DNA from: Dudresnaya verticillata
Lineage: Eukaryota
Assembly: GCA_977862235.1 (NCBI GenBank)
Contig: OZ374562.1
Coordinates: forward strand, 2,108,001-2,172,000
Direction of reading: 5' to 3'
DNA: 64,000 nt
Of the stretch, positions 12,001-21,554 are shown piece by piece (the stretch's first letter is position 1; the number at the start of each line of letters is the position of its first letter). Below the pieces are notes generated by a model, which searched no databases, was not told where the DNA came from, and worked only from the letters and a program-made list of their open reading frames with translations. The translations under genes were made by a program, and so were the position numbers.

Positions 12001-13517
12001 GAAACTGTGTGAAATGTGCACACGAACGTGTTCAGCTACGACAACACGCTTCTCATATGAAGTTGTTTCCGGCTACTATGCCGTTGGAGTTCGTGGGGAT
12101 TGATATCCTAGGACCGCTACCTCGATCGAGCAAGGGCAACGAGTATCTGCTCGTGATGACAGACCGCTTCTCAAAGCTCACTCGAGCGATACCATTGAAA
12201 ACGGTAACGGCTTATACTGTGGCGAAAGCGTTCTGTGAACATTGGATATACACCTACGGGCCTCCCCGTTATGTCCTGTCGGACAATGGTTCGCAGTTGG
12301 CGTCTAAGTTCTTCATAGCCGTCTGCGGCATTCTCAAGATTCGGAATCTGTTTACGTCGACCTATCATCCGCAGACGAACGGACAAACCGAAAGGTTCAA
12401 TCGTACCCTGTTAGCCGGGCTGAGGCATTTCATCGCTGAAGACCAAAAAGATTGGGATGAATTCACGTCTGCTCTGACGTACGCATACAACACGACCGTT
12501 CATCGTGCGACGGGTCTCGCGCCCGTTGACTTGGTTCTATCCAACCCACCGACTTCACTTCTAATGGAGAAAGCAGAGACGGTAGACGTTGCGAACGTGC
12601 CAGCGGTTAATGTCAAGAAGCGGTTGACCGCGCGACTCGAGAAGCTGATGGACACAGCGTTACCACGTCTACGCATGGCACAACAGCGATATGAAGTCAA
12701 CTTCAACAATCGTATGCGTCTGACTAATCGGAAGTTGCGCCCGGGTAACTGGGTCTTCCTCGAGAGAGAGACGAAAATGAAAGACGCCAAGGGCGTGGCA
12801 CGGGAAGGAAAGTTGTTTCCAAAGGCTCTCGGCCCATACAAGATCCTCGAGAGAGGAACACACACCGTCATGTTGGAAAGGAATGGCGAAAGGGAATCAA
12901 TCTCTCTGGACCGTGTCACTCTGGCCCCATCACCGGAAGAAGAGCTTGGAGCTCTAGGGCTAGCCCCACCCATCGTGGAGACGACTCCTGTAAATTTGGA
13001 ACTAGCAGGACCAACTCTTGAGTCAATAGCCACCAATGCTCCAAGCGCCGCACAATCTCCGAACATTATAAGAGAGGAGCCGCTGGAAGCGGACGCGGAA
13101 CATGCAAATGCGCAGACTGTCGCCCCTCCGCAGGAAGTGATCGAAGATATCGATAATGGCGCTGGCCCGGTTTCTACCACCGTACCCCCTCGCGATGAGG
13201 TTATCATACCGCCTGGCCTGAATGATGCCGGGCCAACGGTCGCACAGGGCCTAAGCTCTCCTCAAGCCCATGGAGAGCTGATCTCCCCTAATGCAGATGG
13301 GACGACCCCGCGTCGTAAGTTTTCACGCTTCAAGAAAGCCCCGCCACGGGAGCATGTTTATGACAAATTGGTCGACTACGACTCCGAGTCGAAACTGTAC
13401 AAGGTGCGCTGGTACCAGTGCCCTGCATCACAGGAAACCTGGGAACCGCGAGAGCACCTCCCAGCGAATCTAGTCAAACGGTATCACCGTGCGAAGAGGA
13501 TTCCCCTCTCGGAATAA
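9090..13517 (+). CDS. pol: E1 Pol: aspartic protease, RT, RNase H, integrase, chromodomain
   Basis: Frame is open from 9090, upstream of the track start at 9270. LDTGAGPN protease (~9231); LRFCVDYRKLN and YLDDII (RT); DTDAC..EKECLA (RH); H..H..C..C plus DILGP/SDNG/ERFNRT (INT); YKVRWY..TWEPREHL (chromodomain). Confidence 0.97.
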   Translation, partial: HAPWAYPPGSKYHEYVKDPICSLSRYNYKVVASVGTSVEHLTQVLSVLDTGAGPNLTRADVLSLEDRKKISSNRSIVNLTSASSHRLTTLGMISLVVRIGTYTVRQPFVVVKALAVDMILGCTYIDTHVDGLRVRKQRVVLRDRSVHPILRRRCGIPRAESSGEPMEVPPLPNSRLVRVALTTNLQPGSETWVAVTCAAKGIHFLDSFQRLYDRQQVVVTNGIVSLQENVLFRVKIANFSSRVQRLNKNQVIGRAIPAPTATPVYSVSIDNVPDTPVPTSKYSSPKSETSFDVRGAGLAAALGVAGSKPGVKTATENLTVDDLTLEHLSASDRRRVRKMLRPFADMWSGKLGTIKVTEHRIELTDGSKPVFAQPYRSGPKARQAEQDEVDKMLKEGVIEPARSEFASPVVLVKKPDGSLRFCVDYRKLNAITIKDSYPLPRMDECLDSLGDAQYFTTLDCNSGYWQIPVAAEDKAKTAFTCHAGCFQFCRMPFGLCNAPATFQRTVDILLSGYRWKSCLVYLDDIIIFSKSVDEHLGHVQEILSVLKEAGVSLKLKKCNFFTKSVDYLGHVIRPGLLEVATKNTQDIEGFKEPKNQTQLRSFIGLCNVYRRFVPNFSRVASPLNRRLQKDVGFELPPFDEKQREAFELLKKALIAPPILRLPKEDRPLSVDTDACDYQIGCALMQMEPDGTRHPIGFWSRGLTQAERNYSVGEKECLAVVWATQLLRPYLERSHFDLYTDHQALKWMMSMKDASGRLARWRLRLLEYDFTVQYRKGKKNQIADAVSRLPTYGFTSWEPDLEIPCFVIADSDRSDLRDLSDGRDSRTDTPSRPLEVWEVEPEDDSVELLLEDEQLIANVAEKEVDEKSLSLLTVEEVLRSQRTDQFCMGIKLAIESGRPGCYLEDERGLIVRRSYIDKTLQVVIPRVLQERVLHLAHYPEMAGHPGGTRMYHNLRRQVFWPGMALAVYATVRNCVKCAHERVQLRQHASHMKLFPATMPLEFVGIDILGPLPRSSKGNEYLLVMTDRFSKLTRAIPLKTVTAYTVAKAFCEHWIYTYGPPRYVLSDNGSQLASKFFIAVCGILKIRNLFTSTYHPQTNGQTERFNRTLLAGLRHFIAEDQKDWDEFTSALTYAYNTTVHRATGLAPVDLVLSNPPTSLLMEKAETVDVANVPAVNVKKRLTARLEKLMDTALPRLRMAQQRYEVNFNNRMRLTNRKLRPGNWVFLERETKMKDAKGVAREGKLFPKALGPYKILERGTHTVMLERNGERESISLDRVTLAPSPEEELGALGLAPPIVETTPVNLELAGPTLESIATNAPSAAQSPNIIREEPLEADAEHANAQTVAPPQEVIEDIDNGAGPVSTTVPPRDEVIIPPGLNDAGPTVAQGLSSPQAHGELISPNADGTTPRRKFSRFKKAPPREHVYDKLVDYDSESKLYKVRWYQCPASQETWEPREHLPANLVKRYHRAKRIPLSE

Positions 13518-13728
13518 CTACTGGTCGACCAGTCTGATGATAACTCAAGCGTCATGAGTCGGTGCTACCTCGCGGCACGCTTACGTGTGTAACTCTACGC
13601 TAGGCAGAAGCCTTATAAGGAAAACGAAAATAACGTCCTATTGCGGATCGCCGAACCGATCCACGGGATAGAAATGGCTATGCCTATGTATATTAGTCTA
13701 ACTGAATGGGATTGACCCCGTTTGAAAA

Positions 13729-13980
13729 TTGGAAAGGTATAGATACAAAGAAGGTTGGAAACCTTGGATAGATGTTTGGATAGATGTGGAACGGCTGAAC
13801 TGGAAGTTCAAGAAAATGGATAGATGCAAAGAAGGTTGGATACCTTGGACAGATGTGAATAGATGGACTGGAAGTTCAAGCTGGATAGATGAGCAGAAGC
13901 TCCAGATTTGGATAGATGTTTGAAAACATTTGGATAGATGAATTGGAAGTTGAAAGAAATGGATAGATGAGTTGGAGACT
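13729..13980 (+). repeat. Imperfect tandem array of TGGATAGATG / CTGGAAGTTCAAG units in the E1 3' non-coding region
   Basis: About 7 exact TGGATAGATG copies plus variants, counted by eye. Confidence 0.85.
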
Positions 13981-14945
13981 CAAGGTGGGACGACCTCCCA
14001 ATCGAATGGTATAGGGTTCAGGACCCCTGAGCGGCACATGACCAGTGGTCTCTACAGATGAGAAGGTGGTGTGGACTACTACAGTAGCAATTATCGTCGT
14101 TAAGGCAGGGCGCAGAGTGGTTACCATCAAGATGTGGTCAAAGCACATTAGGAATATTTGCCCGCGTGGGACACTATGATCACGTTATTGATCTATCGCC
14201 GAGACCGCTGCAGCGGGATGACACCTACCCACTCCTAGGCATACGGCTGCTGATCACATTGCCGGAGTTGAAGTCAAAAGAGCAACTCGGCTCTCCTCTA
14301 GTGGCAAAAGCGGAAAACCGCACAGTCCATGAGAGCCCTTGCCGTCGACCAAAGTCAATTGACCGCGCGCCAGCGCCGGGTCGATCCCTGACCTCACAAG
14401 CGTGAGGGAGGCGGAACCAGGCGCGAATCAGAATTCGTTAAGCAATTCCTACGCGAATCAAAATTCGTCTGGCGAAGAATAACGTGAATTGGCGCCAAAA
14501 ACAAGCGCCCCCTCTACAGTGTCGCTGCGTTCTACTGTAGAGGTGACACAGTCATTGCTGGCGCCCTCTCGACTGGTCAACTGACGGTTGGAGGCGGATT
14601 GAATCACGAATCAAATTCGTCCTGGTGTTCTACGCCACGGCGCGTGCGCCATGGCACCATGATGCCTCGACCGGAGCAAGTCGCTTCGATGCCTAACTCC
14701 TCCAAAGAGTACTGAAGGCCTTTGCGCCTAAGTGCCAACAGGAGCTACAGGCTCTGCAGACGGTACCCAGAAGTAGAGTCATCGCCGCGGTGAGGCCCCG
14801 GATAAAAGGACCATCGGGCGTGGACGAAGCTGGCTGTCAGCCGTAAGGATACAAAAATTTCAAAGCTTTACTTTAACGGTTAAGCCGCTCTTACCCAAGC
14901 AAGGTGAACAATATTGGCTGTTAGCCACTACGTAAGCACGTTGGC

Positions 14946-17230
14946 TTAATCCGATAGTAGGTCGATGACCTCATCCTCGCCAAGAGGCGGGTCCGGCTGT
15001 GAAGCCGCATGAGAAATGACGACACGACGCACTTCGCGTATCATACGCCGCCCACGACCCATGCGGCGGGAACCCCGACCAAGTCCGGCCCCCGCCTCTT
15101 CATTGGTAGCTCGGGTGCCAGTCGCTGTCGCATCGATCTCCATAGCATCTAAGCCGCTCGTTAATACACCGCTTGCAGCGGGCTGGACCTCGTCTTCCTC
15201 CTTGACGACTAATTCCGTCTTGACAATTACGTCGTCCGAGGAGGTTACGACCTTATTCGCTTGAGAGGCGCCCTCCTGATCGTCGACATCGAGCTTGGAG
15301 CCCTCAGCTCCCTTATCCTGTGAAACAGGTACAACTGCGGCCACCCCGGTTAACCCTCCCTCCGTGACTTGAGAGCCCCGGCGAGGGAAGTCTGCCCCGA
15401 GGAACTCGCCCACGGGGGCGAAGCCGGGTAAACCCGTAGTTGGTGCCGCAAGGGTCGGAGTCCCGACTGTTGCTATCGCAGTAGAAGCCGAGACAACCGC
15501 CATCGAAGGCGTGGTAACAGACTTAACAGCTGTAGCTGTGGTCTGCACGGCGGTGGCGGACGACTCCTCACGCGGAATCGCCGCAGGATTGTCACTCGTG
15601 GTAGCTCGGGGATCCCTTCCTTCGACTGCAGTCGACTCTTGCTTGATGCCAGGCGCGCCAGCGTGGCCAATGCCGCGACGCGGCTTCACGTCCCCAACTC
15701 GCGAACGGCCCGACAGAGGAGGAAGGACGGCGAAGTGAGCCCGCAAACGCTCCATCTCGTCGGCCGGACCCGGCATCTGCAACCAATTGGACTCATAGTC
15801 CACCATGACCTCCTCCACCCAGTCTGCCAGACTGTGTACGTTGAGATGACGCATGTCCCACTGGCAAGCGAGCCGGATGGCTAAACCACGCCTATTGAAG
15901 AAGTCTCTAATAACGTGGTCGGCTTTCGAATAGCCCATGGCAGGAGGGGCATGAGGTCCCTGAGGCTGTCCACCAACAGTCTCGTCGAAGACGGGAACTT
16001 GCTCAGGGGTCTCGGGACCCGGTTCACGCCAACGGGAACAAACCCAGCCGGCTGTCACTCCGGTCATACGAGTACCCTCGTCCAGAATGAGCGGGTTCGC
16101 TTCGGATGGCTCCGGCTGTATGAGATATTCAGGCAGCATTGGATGCCACTTCTGCGGATCAAAATCGACCCAGTCGCCACGGTTGTAAACCGGCGTACAA
16201 TGGCCAGTGTTCTCTGGGAGATGTCTATTACGCTTGGTAATCTCGCTCCAGCGAATGCGCTCGACGAAGATCAGCAGGGCTTCCAAGTCCTTAGCGTCAT
16301 CGGCATCCGCGGTAAGCTCCTTAGGGTTTAAAGCCCGAATAGCTGTTCGCACGGTTGACCGATGAAGTACAACAGGCCTCGCCGGGCCTCATATTCCAGG
16401 GTCTGCACGACGAGTACTACCCACTCGTGGCGGTAAATGCTCCAAAGCACACTGTCATCCGTGGCTTTCGCTATCATCTCGAGACCGAGATAGGCGATAA
16501 TCGTCGGGGTCCCGACCGGCATGGAGTATGAGACCTCAAAGTTCTTATGGTCATCAGGGACTTGCGGATATTTTCCATTGTACCACTCCGGCTTGATAGC
16601 CGTCACCTCTTGACAGTGACACGGGATGAGACACCCGGTCTTGTAGCGTTACTTACGCTCGAAGCGGGAATGTTCCAACGGCATAGCCGTCTGTGGGTTA
16701 TCCAAGGCATATTTTAAGTTGGATGACTCATCCCACCACACAACGCGGGCCATAGTGTACGGGAAGTTATCCCTACCTTGTCTAATGAGTGGACGCTCAT
16801 GCATGACCATCCGTAAGTTCCAGTCTCCGCTCTGGTGGACTTCATACAACATTTCGGCTTGGGAAGTCAACTTCTGAGTCACGTTATTGCTCCAAGCAAT
16901 CTCGTGCTTGAAGCGCACATAGGCCAGATCCCACTGAAGCGAGTCGGCATCACCATCGAGACGCGGTAAGAACCGGTTGGTGCCAGTCAGAATACCCACG
17001 CGGGTGCGCATATGACGATTCCACACACGACTCTGAGCCGTCCGACCACCAATTCGACGCACCTCCTCGCGACTAGCTCCCGCCCGCATCTTCAGATGTG
17101 TGAGGTCGGTACGCAGGAGCCAGTCGCGGCTGTGGGAGATCGCTATCGGCACGCCAGCCGCGTCCACCTCATGTCCCAAGACATTCACACTAGAGCCTGC
17201 GGCTCCGTTCGCCAAGTGTGGCGGCGCCAT
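14946..17230 (-). pseudogene. E1 antisense accessory gene (~760 codons) with one in-frame TAA and one 1-nt frameshift
   Basis: ATG at 17230. 16649-17230 and 16328-16606 share a frame with a single TAA between them. One frameshift near 16352 joins 14946-16352. Homologous to E2 60234-62614. Confidence 0.8.
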
Positions 17231-17898
17231 CTCGATATAGCAGGCGAGAATGCCAACGACTTGGAAGTCGTTTCCGGATCGAGTCTTCTAAGGTTCGGAG
17301 ACCTTTCTCCTACTTCGCGTCGGCTCCAGAACTGACCCCGAGGGGTAGTGAGCGCGACCTGATTACTTCTACGGCGCGGAAGCCGTTCTTCTGCCTGAAC
17401 GTCGGCTCCAGAGCCGAGTGCAACGACTGGCGAGCACGACCTGAGAAAACGGCTGTCAGCCGGGAAGAGCGGGGCGCGCACGGCGGAGGTCGTAGGGCTT
17501 GACACCGGGAGACGGCGCGCAACAGTGCGAACGCGGATGAGGAGCTCGCTCAAGCGGGGCGGATGCAAGGAGCAGAACCGGGCGGTCAGTTGAAGGGCTA
17601 CGGCTGTTGGTGGGTGTGGGCACCGAAAGGGAAAAGATGGCTGCAAGCCAGCGTTGAAATATTCGTGCGCCCGTCTGGCGTTTCGCGCAATCGATACCGG
17701 TCGAGACGACGCCGACGGCTCAAGCCGTGCACACGGTGACTGGCGCCTCGTTGAGACGGGGCCCTGGGCGGCGTTTGCAAAACGTTCTCGCTGGGCCAAT
17801 GAACGGACCACAGGATCTCAATCTCAATCTGAAACGGCTATAGCCTTTGGAAACAGCATCGCTGTACAGCTCCTTACTGAGCGCGGTCGCTCAGTTTT

Positions 17899-17911
17899 AA
17901 GAAGGGGGCCG
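17899..17911 (+). promoter_or_regulatory. E1 polypurine tract AAGAAGGGGGCCG
   Basis: Immediately precedes the 3' LTR. Confidence 0.85.
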
Positions 17912-18551
17912 TGTGGTATAACGAGCGCTGGGGCGCTGTAAGGAGCCACGTGTACACGCGATGCCTGTAAGGCGTGGCATACAGGAGTGAGATGGCTGCT
18001 CGCCATTGGACAATTAACTACGTGAGCGCTATGCGCGCTGAGTGGTGGACACGCGCCATGATGGCACGTCTATTTTGGGTGTGCCGCCTTACAATGGCGC
18101 CGTACGTACGGAAGCGGTATAACCGCTCATTCCTATTTTTATTCGCTAGTGTAACTGTTAGTGTACAGTATTAGCTCACTGTTAGCATTATAGCTCTAAC
18201 TGAGCGGGTAGTACCTTTTCGGCTCCCGCCGTATTTATTAGGCCCCTGAGTAGCAGGGGCCCCGCACTAAATGGGCAGCGGTGTATGCCTTGGGCTTTTT
18301 TCCCTTTGTTGGACTCTCACGGTATCACCGCTACAATCCCCGTTAGGCGTTTACAAGCCGTGCTACCTACGACGACTGCTCTAAGCAGTACGGTTCGCCT
18401 CCCCTTTTTCCCCTCTTTTGCAGGGCTTACCGCCCTCTCAAGTCTCTACCACCCCTTTTGGAGCTACCAACCACGCGAGTGGGATCACGCTTTCAGGACA
18501 GCTGTCGTGCTGTGTGGCCGTCTACTCTGGCTTGAAAGCCATTCTACTACA
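17912..18551 (+). repeat. E1 3' LTR
   Basis: Copy of 5176-5815. Confidence 0.97.
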
Positions 18552-19046
18552 CAGCCTCTTGACAGCGTGGTCTGGCAGCATGCGCTGAAGGAGCGCACGC
18601 GCACACGTGTGCGCGTTGTAGTGTCGAGGGGCCATCCTTGCTGGCGGCCGGTGTCGGGAGCTGTCCGTCGGGACGGCTTACAGGGAATTTCCCCAATGTC
18701 ATTGCTGGCGCACGCGCGTGTCGGGGGAGCCCGTTGCGGCAGCGAAATTGGCTCTGAGCTCAAAAATGTGCGCAGCGGATGATCCGCGTGTATCGGCCGT
18801 TGCGGCCCGTCGTCCGCAGTCGCGTGAGCCGCGGGCGACGCCCATTATGAAGAATTCTTCAGTAGGGTGCGAAGGAGATTTGCGCCACATTCTGTTGTCC
18901 TTCCTTTCCGCCTGGGGCGTTTATAGCCCTCCCAAGGCGTCGTCCATCGCTCCACCACTACCACCTAGGGCGTATCTACTAAACGTCTCAGGAATCGTTA
19001 CCCACGAACTGCTCGGTGGTGTTTCGTCCAGGACGTTTGCACTACA

Positions 19047-19233
19047 TTGAGCACGGGTCGTGTTTGCACGAGTTCCGGTGGGCGTTTACAATCCGCGTGC
19101 CGGAGTGTTCCACTCTGCGCTACCACTACGGGCTGATGCGTTCGAACGCCTCACAGCGACCTACACCTGCTACGCGCCCACGCTGAACTCGTGGGGCTGT
19201 GTCCCTGCACCCCTCACTCCGAGGGTTGCACTA
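19047..19233 (+). repeat. 3' remnant of an older LTR, probably the insertion target of E0
   Basis: GGCGTTTACAA..GCTACCAC..GAACTCG..GTTGCACTA resembles the 3' ends of the other LTRs. Confidence 0.5.
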
Positions 19234-19261
19234 AAGATGCCACGAGATTCATATCACCCGG

Positions 19262-19862
19262 TGTAGCGCAACGGGTCCAGCCCAGGAAGAGCAAGGAAAA
19301 CAAATGACCCCTGTCCGGAACCGTCGTGCTCACGGGTAGCTCGGGTGTGGTAGAGGCTTGGTAGAATGGCACTAGGCCAAGAAAAAGGGAAAAGGGAAAA
19401 GGGGGACGCGACCCGGTATTCCGCAGGGAACCTGCCGTACGGTGACGAGCCTGTAGTTGGCGTCCAGAAAGGGAACGGGAAGCGCCCGGAATCCAGAAAA
19501 TGGTCAAGCCCGAGAAACTCTCCATAGGGTTCAATGAGGGGTGCCCTGCTATTGAGGGGACCAATAAATAGGGCTTGGGCCCGTGCTAATGCTAGCTAAT
19601 ACAGTGTACTGTACACAAATTACATTGAGCAATGGAAGGCGGATTCACGCCCCCGTGGCGGCGTATAATCGGGAAATATCCCAGCGCCACACCAATGATC
19701 ATACGTCAATTGCGCGTCTGAGGCACAGGTGAGTTCGCGCCAAGCGCCAATTACATGTCTCATCCTGGCGAAGCCCAGCAATGACAGGGTCTTACAGGGC
19801 ATTGTCCCGTTAAGGCTTACAGCATAATATGCCCACTTGGCGCAAATCTCCGTTGTGCCACA
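19262..19862 (-). mobile_element. Solo LTR (601 bp), reverse orientation
   Basis: TGTAGCGCAA...TTGTGCCACA; TSD CCCGG at 19257-19261 and 19863-19867. Confidence 0.85.
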
Positions 19863-20190
19863 CCCGGTCCCCGAGGCGTCGTGAACGGTTCACCGTTGAG
19901 CCCTGTTCTGGTCAACCTATTCATCGATACACTCGCGTACGAACTCTGCGAAGGGCTTCAAAGATCCCAGAATACCCTCCCGGGAAACGTGTTCGCGGAT
20001 GAGTGACTTTTGTACGTCAGAGCATCCCCACCGGTCGTGCCCCAAAGCCTAAAATGGCTGCCAGCGTGGTCAATTTTATTGGCTGGCCTAAACGCAAGAT
20101 TGAGAGCATGCCGTAAAATCCAGAGCACACCACCGCTACGGCTGCCCCAAACCGTTCCGCCGTCACTCCCCCACTGCGCACCCCACCAAG

Positions 20191-21504
20191 ATGGACTCTG
20201 ATCTTGAACTACTCAGCGCAGCTGTAGCTGTCTCAGCAGCTGTGCTGTTCGTAGTTTGCAAGATATCGAAATGCCGTCGGCGTCGGCATGGCGGTTCGCG
20301 ACCTGGCAAACGCGGGAATATTGACATAGATCGAGCCGCAGCCACGCACCGTATTGACGCAGACTAGTTTGGACGGATCTCAGGCGTAGCACCGATATTT
20401 TCAGAACAGGCGTTTGAACGCCAGTACCGCATGCCGCGCACTGTTTACGAGAAACTACGCCAGGGGATCTGCGAAACAGACCATTACGTTGTACAGAAGA
20501 AGGATGCAATTGGACTTCAAGGGGCAACAACGGATCAGAAAATGGCGGCAGCTCTTCGCCAGTTGACACTTGGAACCTCTGCAGATGCTGTAGTAGAGTA
20601 TTGCAGACTGAAAGAGTCTACAAATACTGAGTGTCTAAAACGATTCGCGGAAGCTGTAGTTAAGGCGTTTGAGGAGGAATGGCTGCGTCTGCCAAACAAG
20701 TCCGAGATGGAAGAACTAGAGGCACACTACGCAGAGCTAGCGTTTCTGGGCTGCATTCGCGGCCTCGACTGCGCTGGTTGGGAACGGAAGAACTGCCCAG
20801 TGGCTGAACAAGGGCAGTAACGTGGCAAGGAAAAGAAGTCAGTCTGTCGCATGGAAGTAGTTTGCGACGAATTCCTGCGCATCTGGCATGTGATGTTCGG
20901 TAGCCCTGGAGCTAAGAATGACCTCAACATACTCCATCAAAGTACACTCTTTAACAAGATAAGGACAGGCAAATGGCCCCCTGTACGTCCCTCGACATCG
21001 TTTGGGGGCTTCAACCTCGAATAGTGATACTACCTCACCGACGGTTTGTACCTGCGTTACCGTATATTCGTTCAGACAATCCCCGAGCCGAAATCAGACC
21101 AAGAGAAACGCTTCTCTGCTCACCAAGAGGCAGTGCTAAAGGCAGTCGAGCGAGTCTTTGGTGTTCTATTCAGCCGCTTCCACTTCCACGTGCTTTGTAA
21201 GCCCTATGCTTTGTGGTTCAAAGCAGATATGAACTCTATCGTGAAGGCATGCTGCATAATCCACAACATGGTATGCCAGTCCCGCAAGACGCAATATAGC
21301 GGTACGACGAACGTCCTCTTCAGCGCAGAAGAGGAGCGTCTGCCGATCGAAGTGCACTTCGTGCGACAGGCGAAAGACACATACGAGCAAGCAGAGTTGT
21401 GGAGGGGGAGGGAGGACGAGTTGGAAAACGTAGACGACCTCAACAACCTGCAAACAGCCTTGATGAAGCACATTTGGATGCGCGCTGGGGAACAGATGCT
21501 GTGA
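20191..21504 (+). pseudogene. Harbinger DDE transposase
   Basis: YRMPRTVYEKL, LDCAGWERKNCP, NDLNIL, YLTDGLY and AVERVFGVL..ACCIIHNM motifs; internal stops and frameshifts. Confidence 0.9.
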
Positions 21505-21554
21505 AAACAATAGAGCTCAGGTTTACGTATCGTCCTGAGATTATGTAGACTGCG

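Larger units (their letters stand above)
5176..18551 (+). mobile_element. E1: full-length, recent Ty3/Gypsy chromodomain-bearing LTR retrotransposon (13.4 kb)
   Basis: 640-bp LTRs with one mismatch seen; TG...CA ends; PBS and PPT; gag and pol (PR-RT-RH-INT-chromo); flanks CAGGC/CAGCC (TSD with one mismatch). Confidence 0.97.
4730..18889 (-). mobile_element. Solo LTR (~780 bp net: 4730-5175 plus 18557-18889), reverse orientation, split by E1
   Basis: Termini TGTGGTGCAA...TTGCGCCACA; 5-bp TSD TTCTG at 4725-4729 and 18890-18894; pyrimidine tract on the minus strand. Confidence 0.85.
1..19046 (+). mobile_element. LTR retrotransposon E0, 3' portion only (antisense gene, PPT and 3' LTR; LTR split by nested insertions)
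   Basis: PPT-like GAAGGGGGCTC (3787-3797) is followed by LTR start TGTGGCGCAA (3798). The LTR runs to 4729, resumes at 18895 after the TTCTG TSD and ends TTGCACTACA (19046). The layout matches the 3' ends of E1 and E2. gag/pol would lie left of the window. Confidence 0.75.

Noticed and set aside
12500..13207. Long ORFs antisense to pol (also 57912-58775)
   Set aside because: Shadow frames of GC-rich coding sequence with no independent conservation.
13729..13980. CRISPR-like or telomeric array (also 28145-28192)
   Set aside because: No constant repeat with unique spacers, no cas genes, and the units are not telomere-like; the context is eukaryotic TE DNA.
17185..17811. 208-aa minus-strand ORF as the N-terminus of the E1 antisense gene
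   Set aside because: Different frame, no ATG start and no similarity to E0 or E2; more likely 5' UTR.
18617..19046. Apparent solo LTR TGTAGTG...CACTACA
   Set aside because: No TSD. The segment is explained as the tail of the reverse solo LTR plus the end of the E0 LTR.
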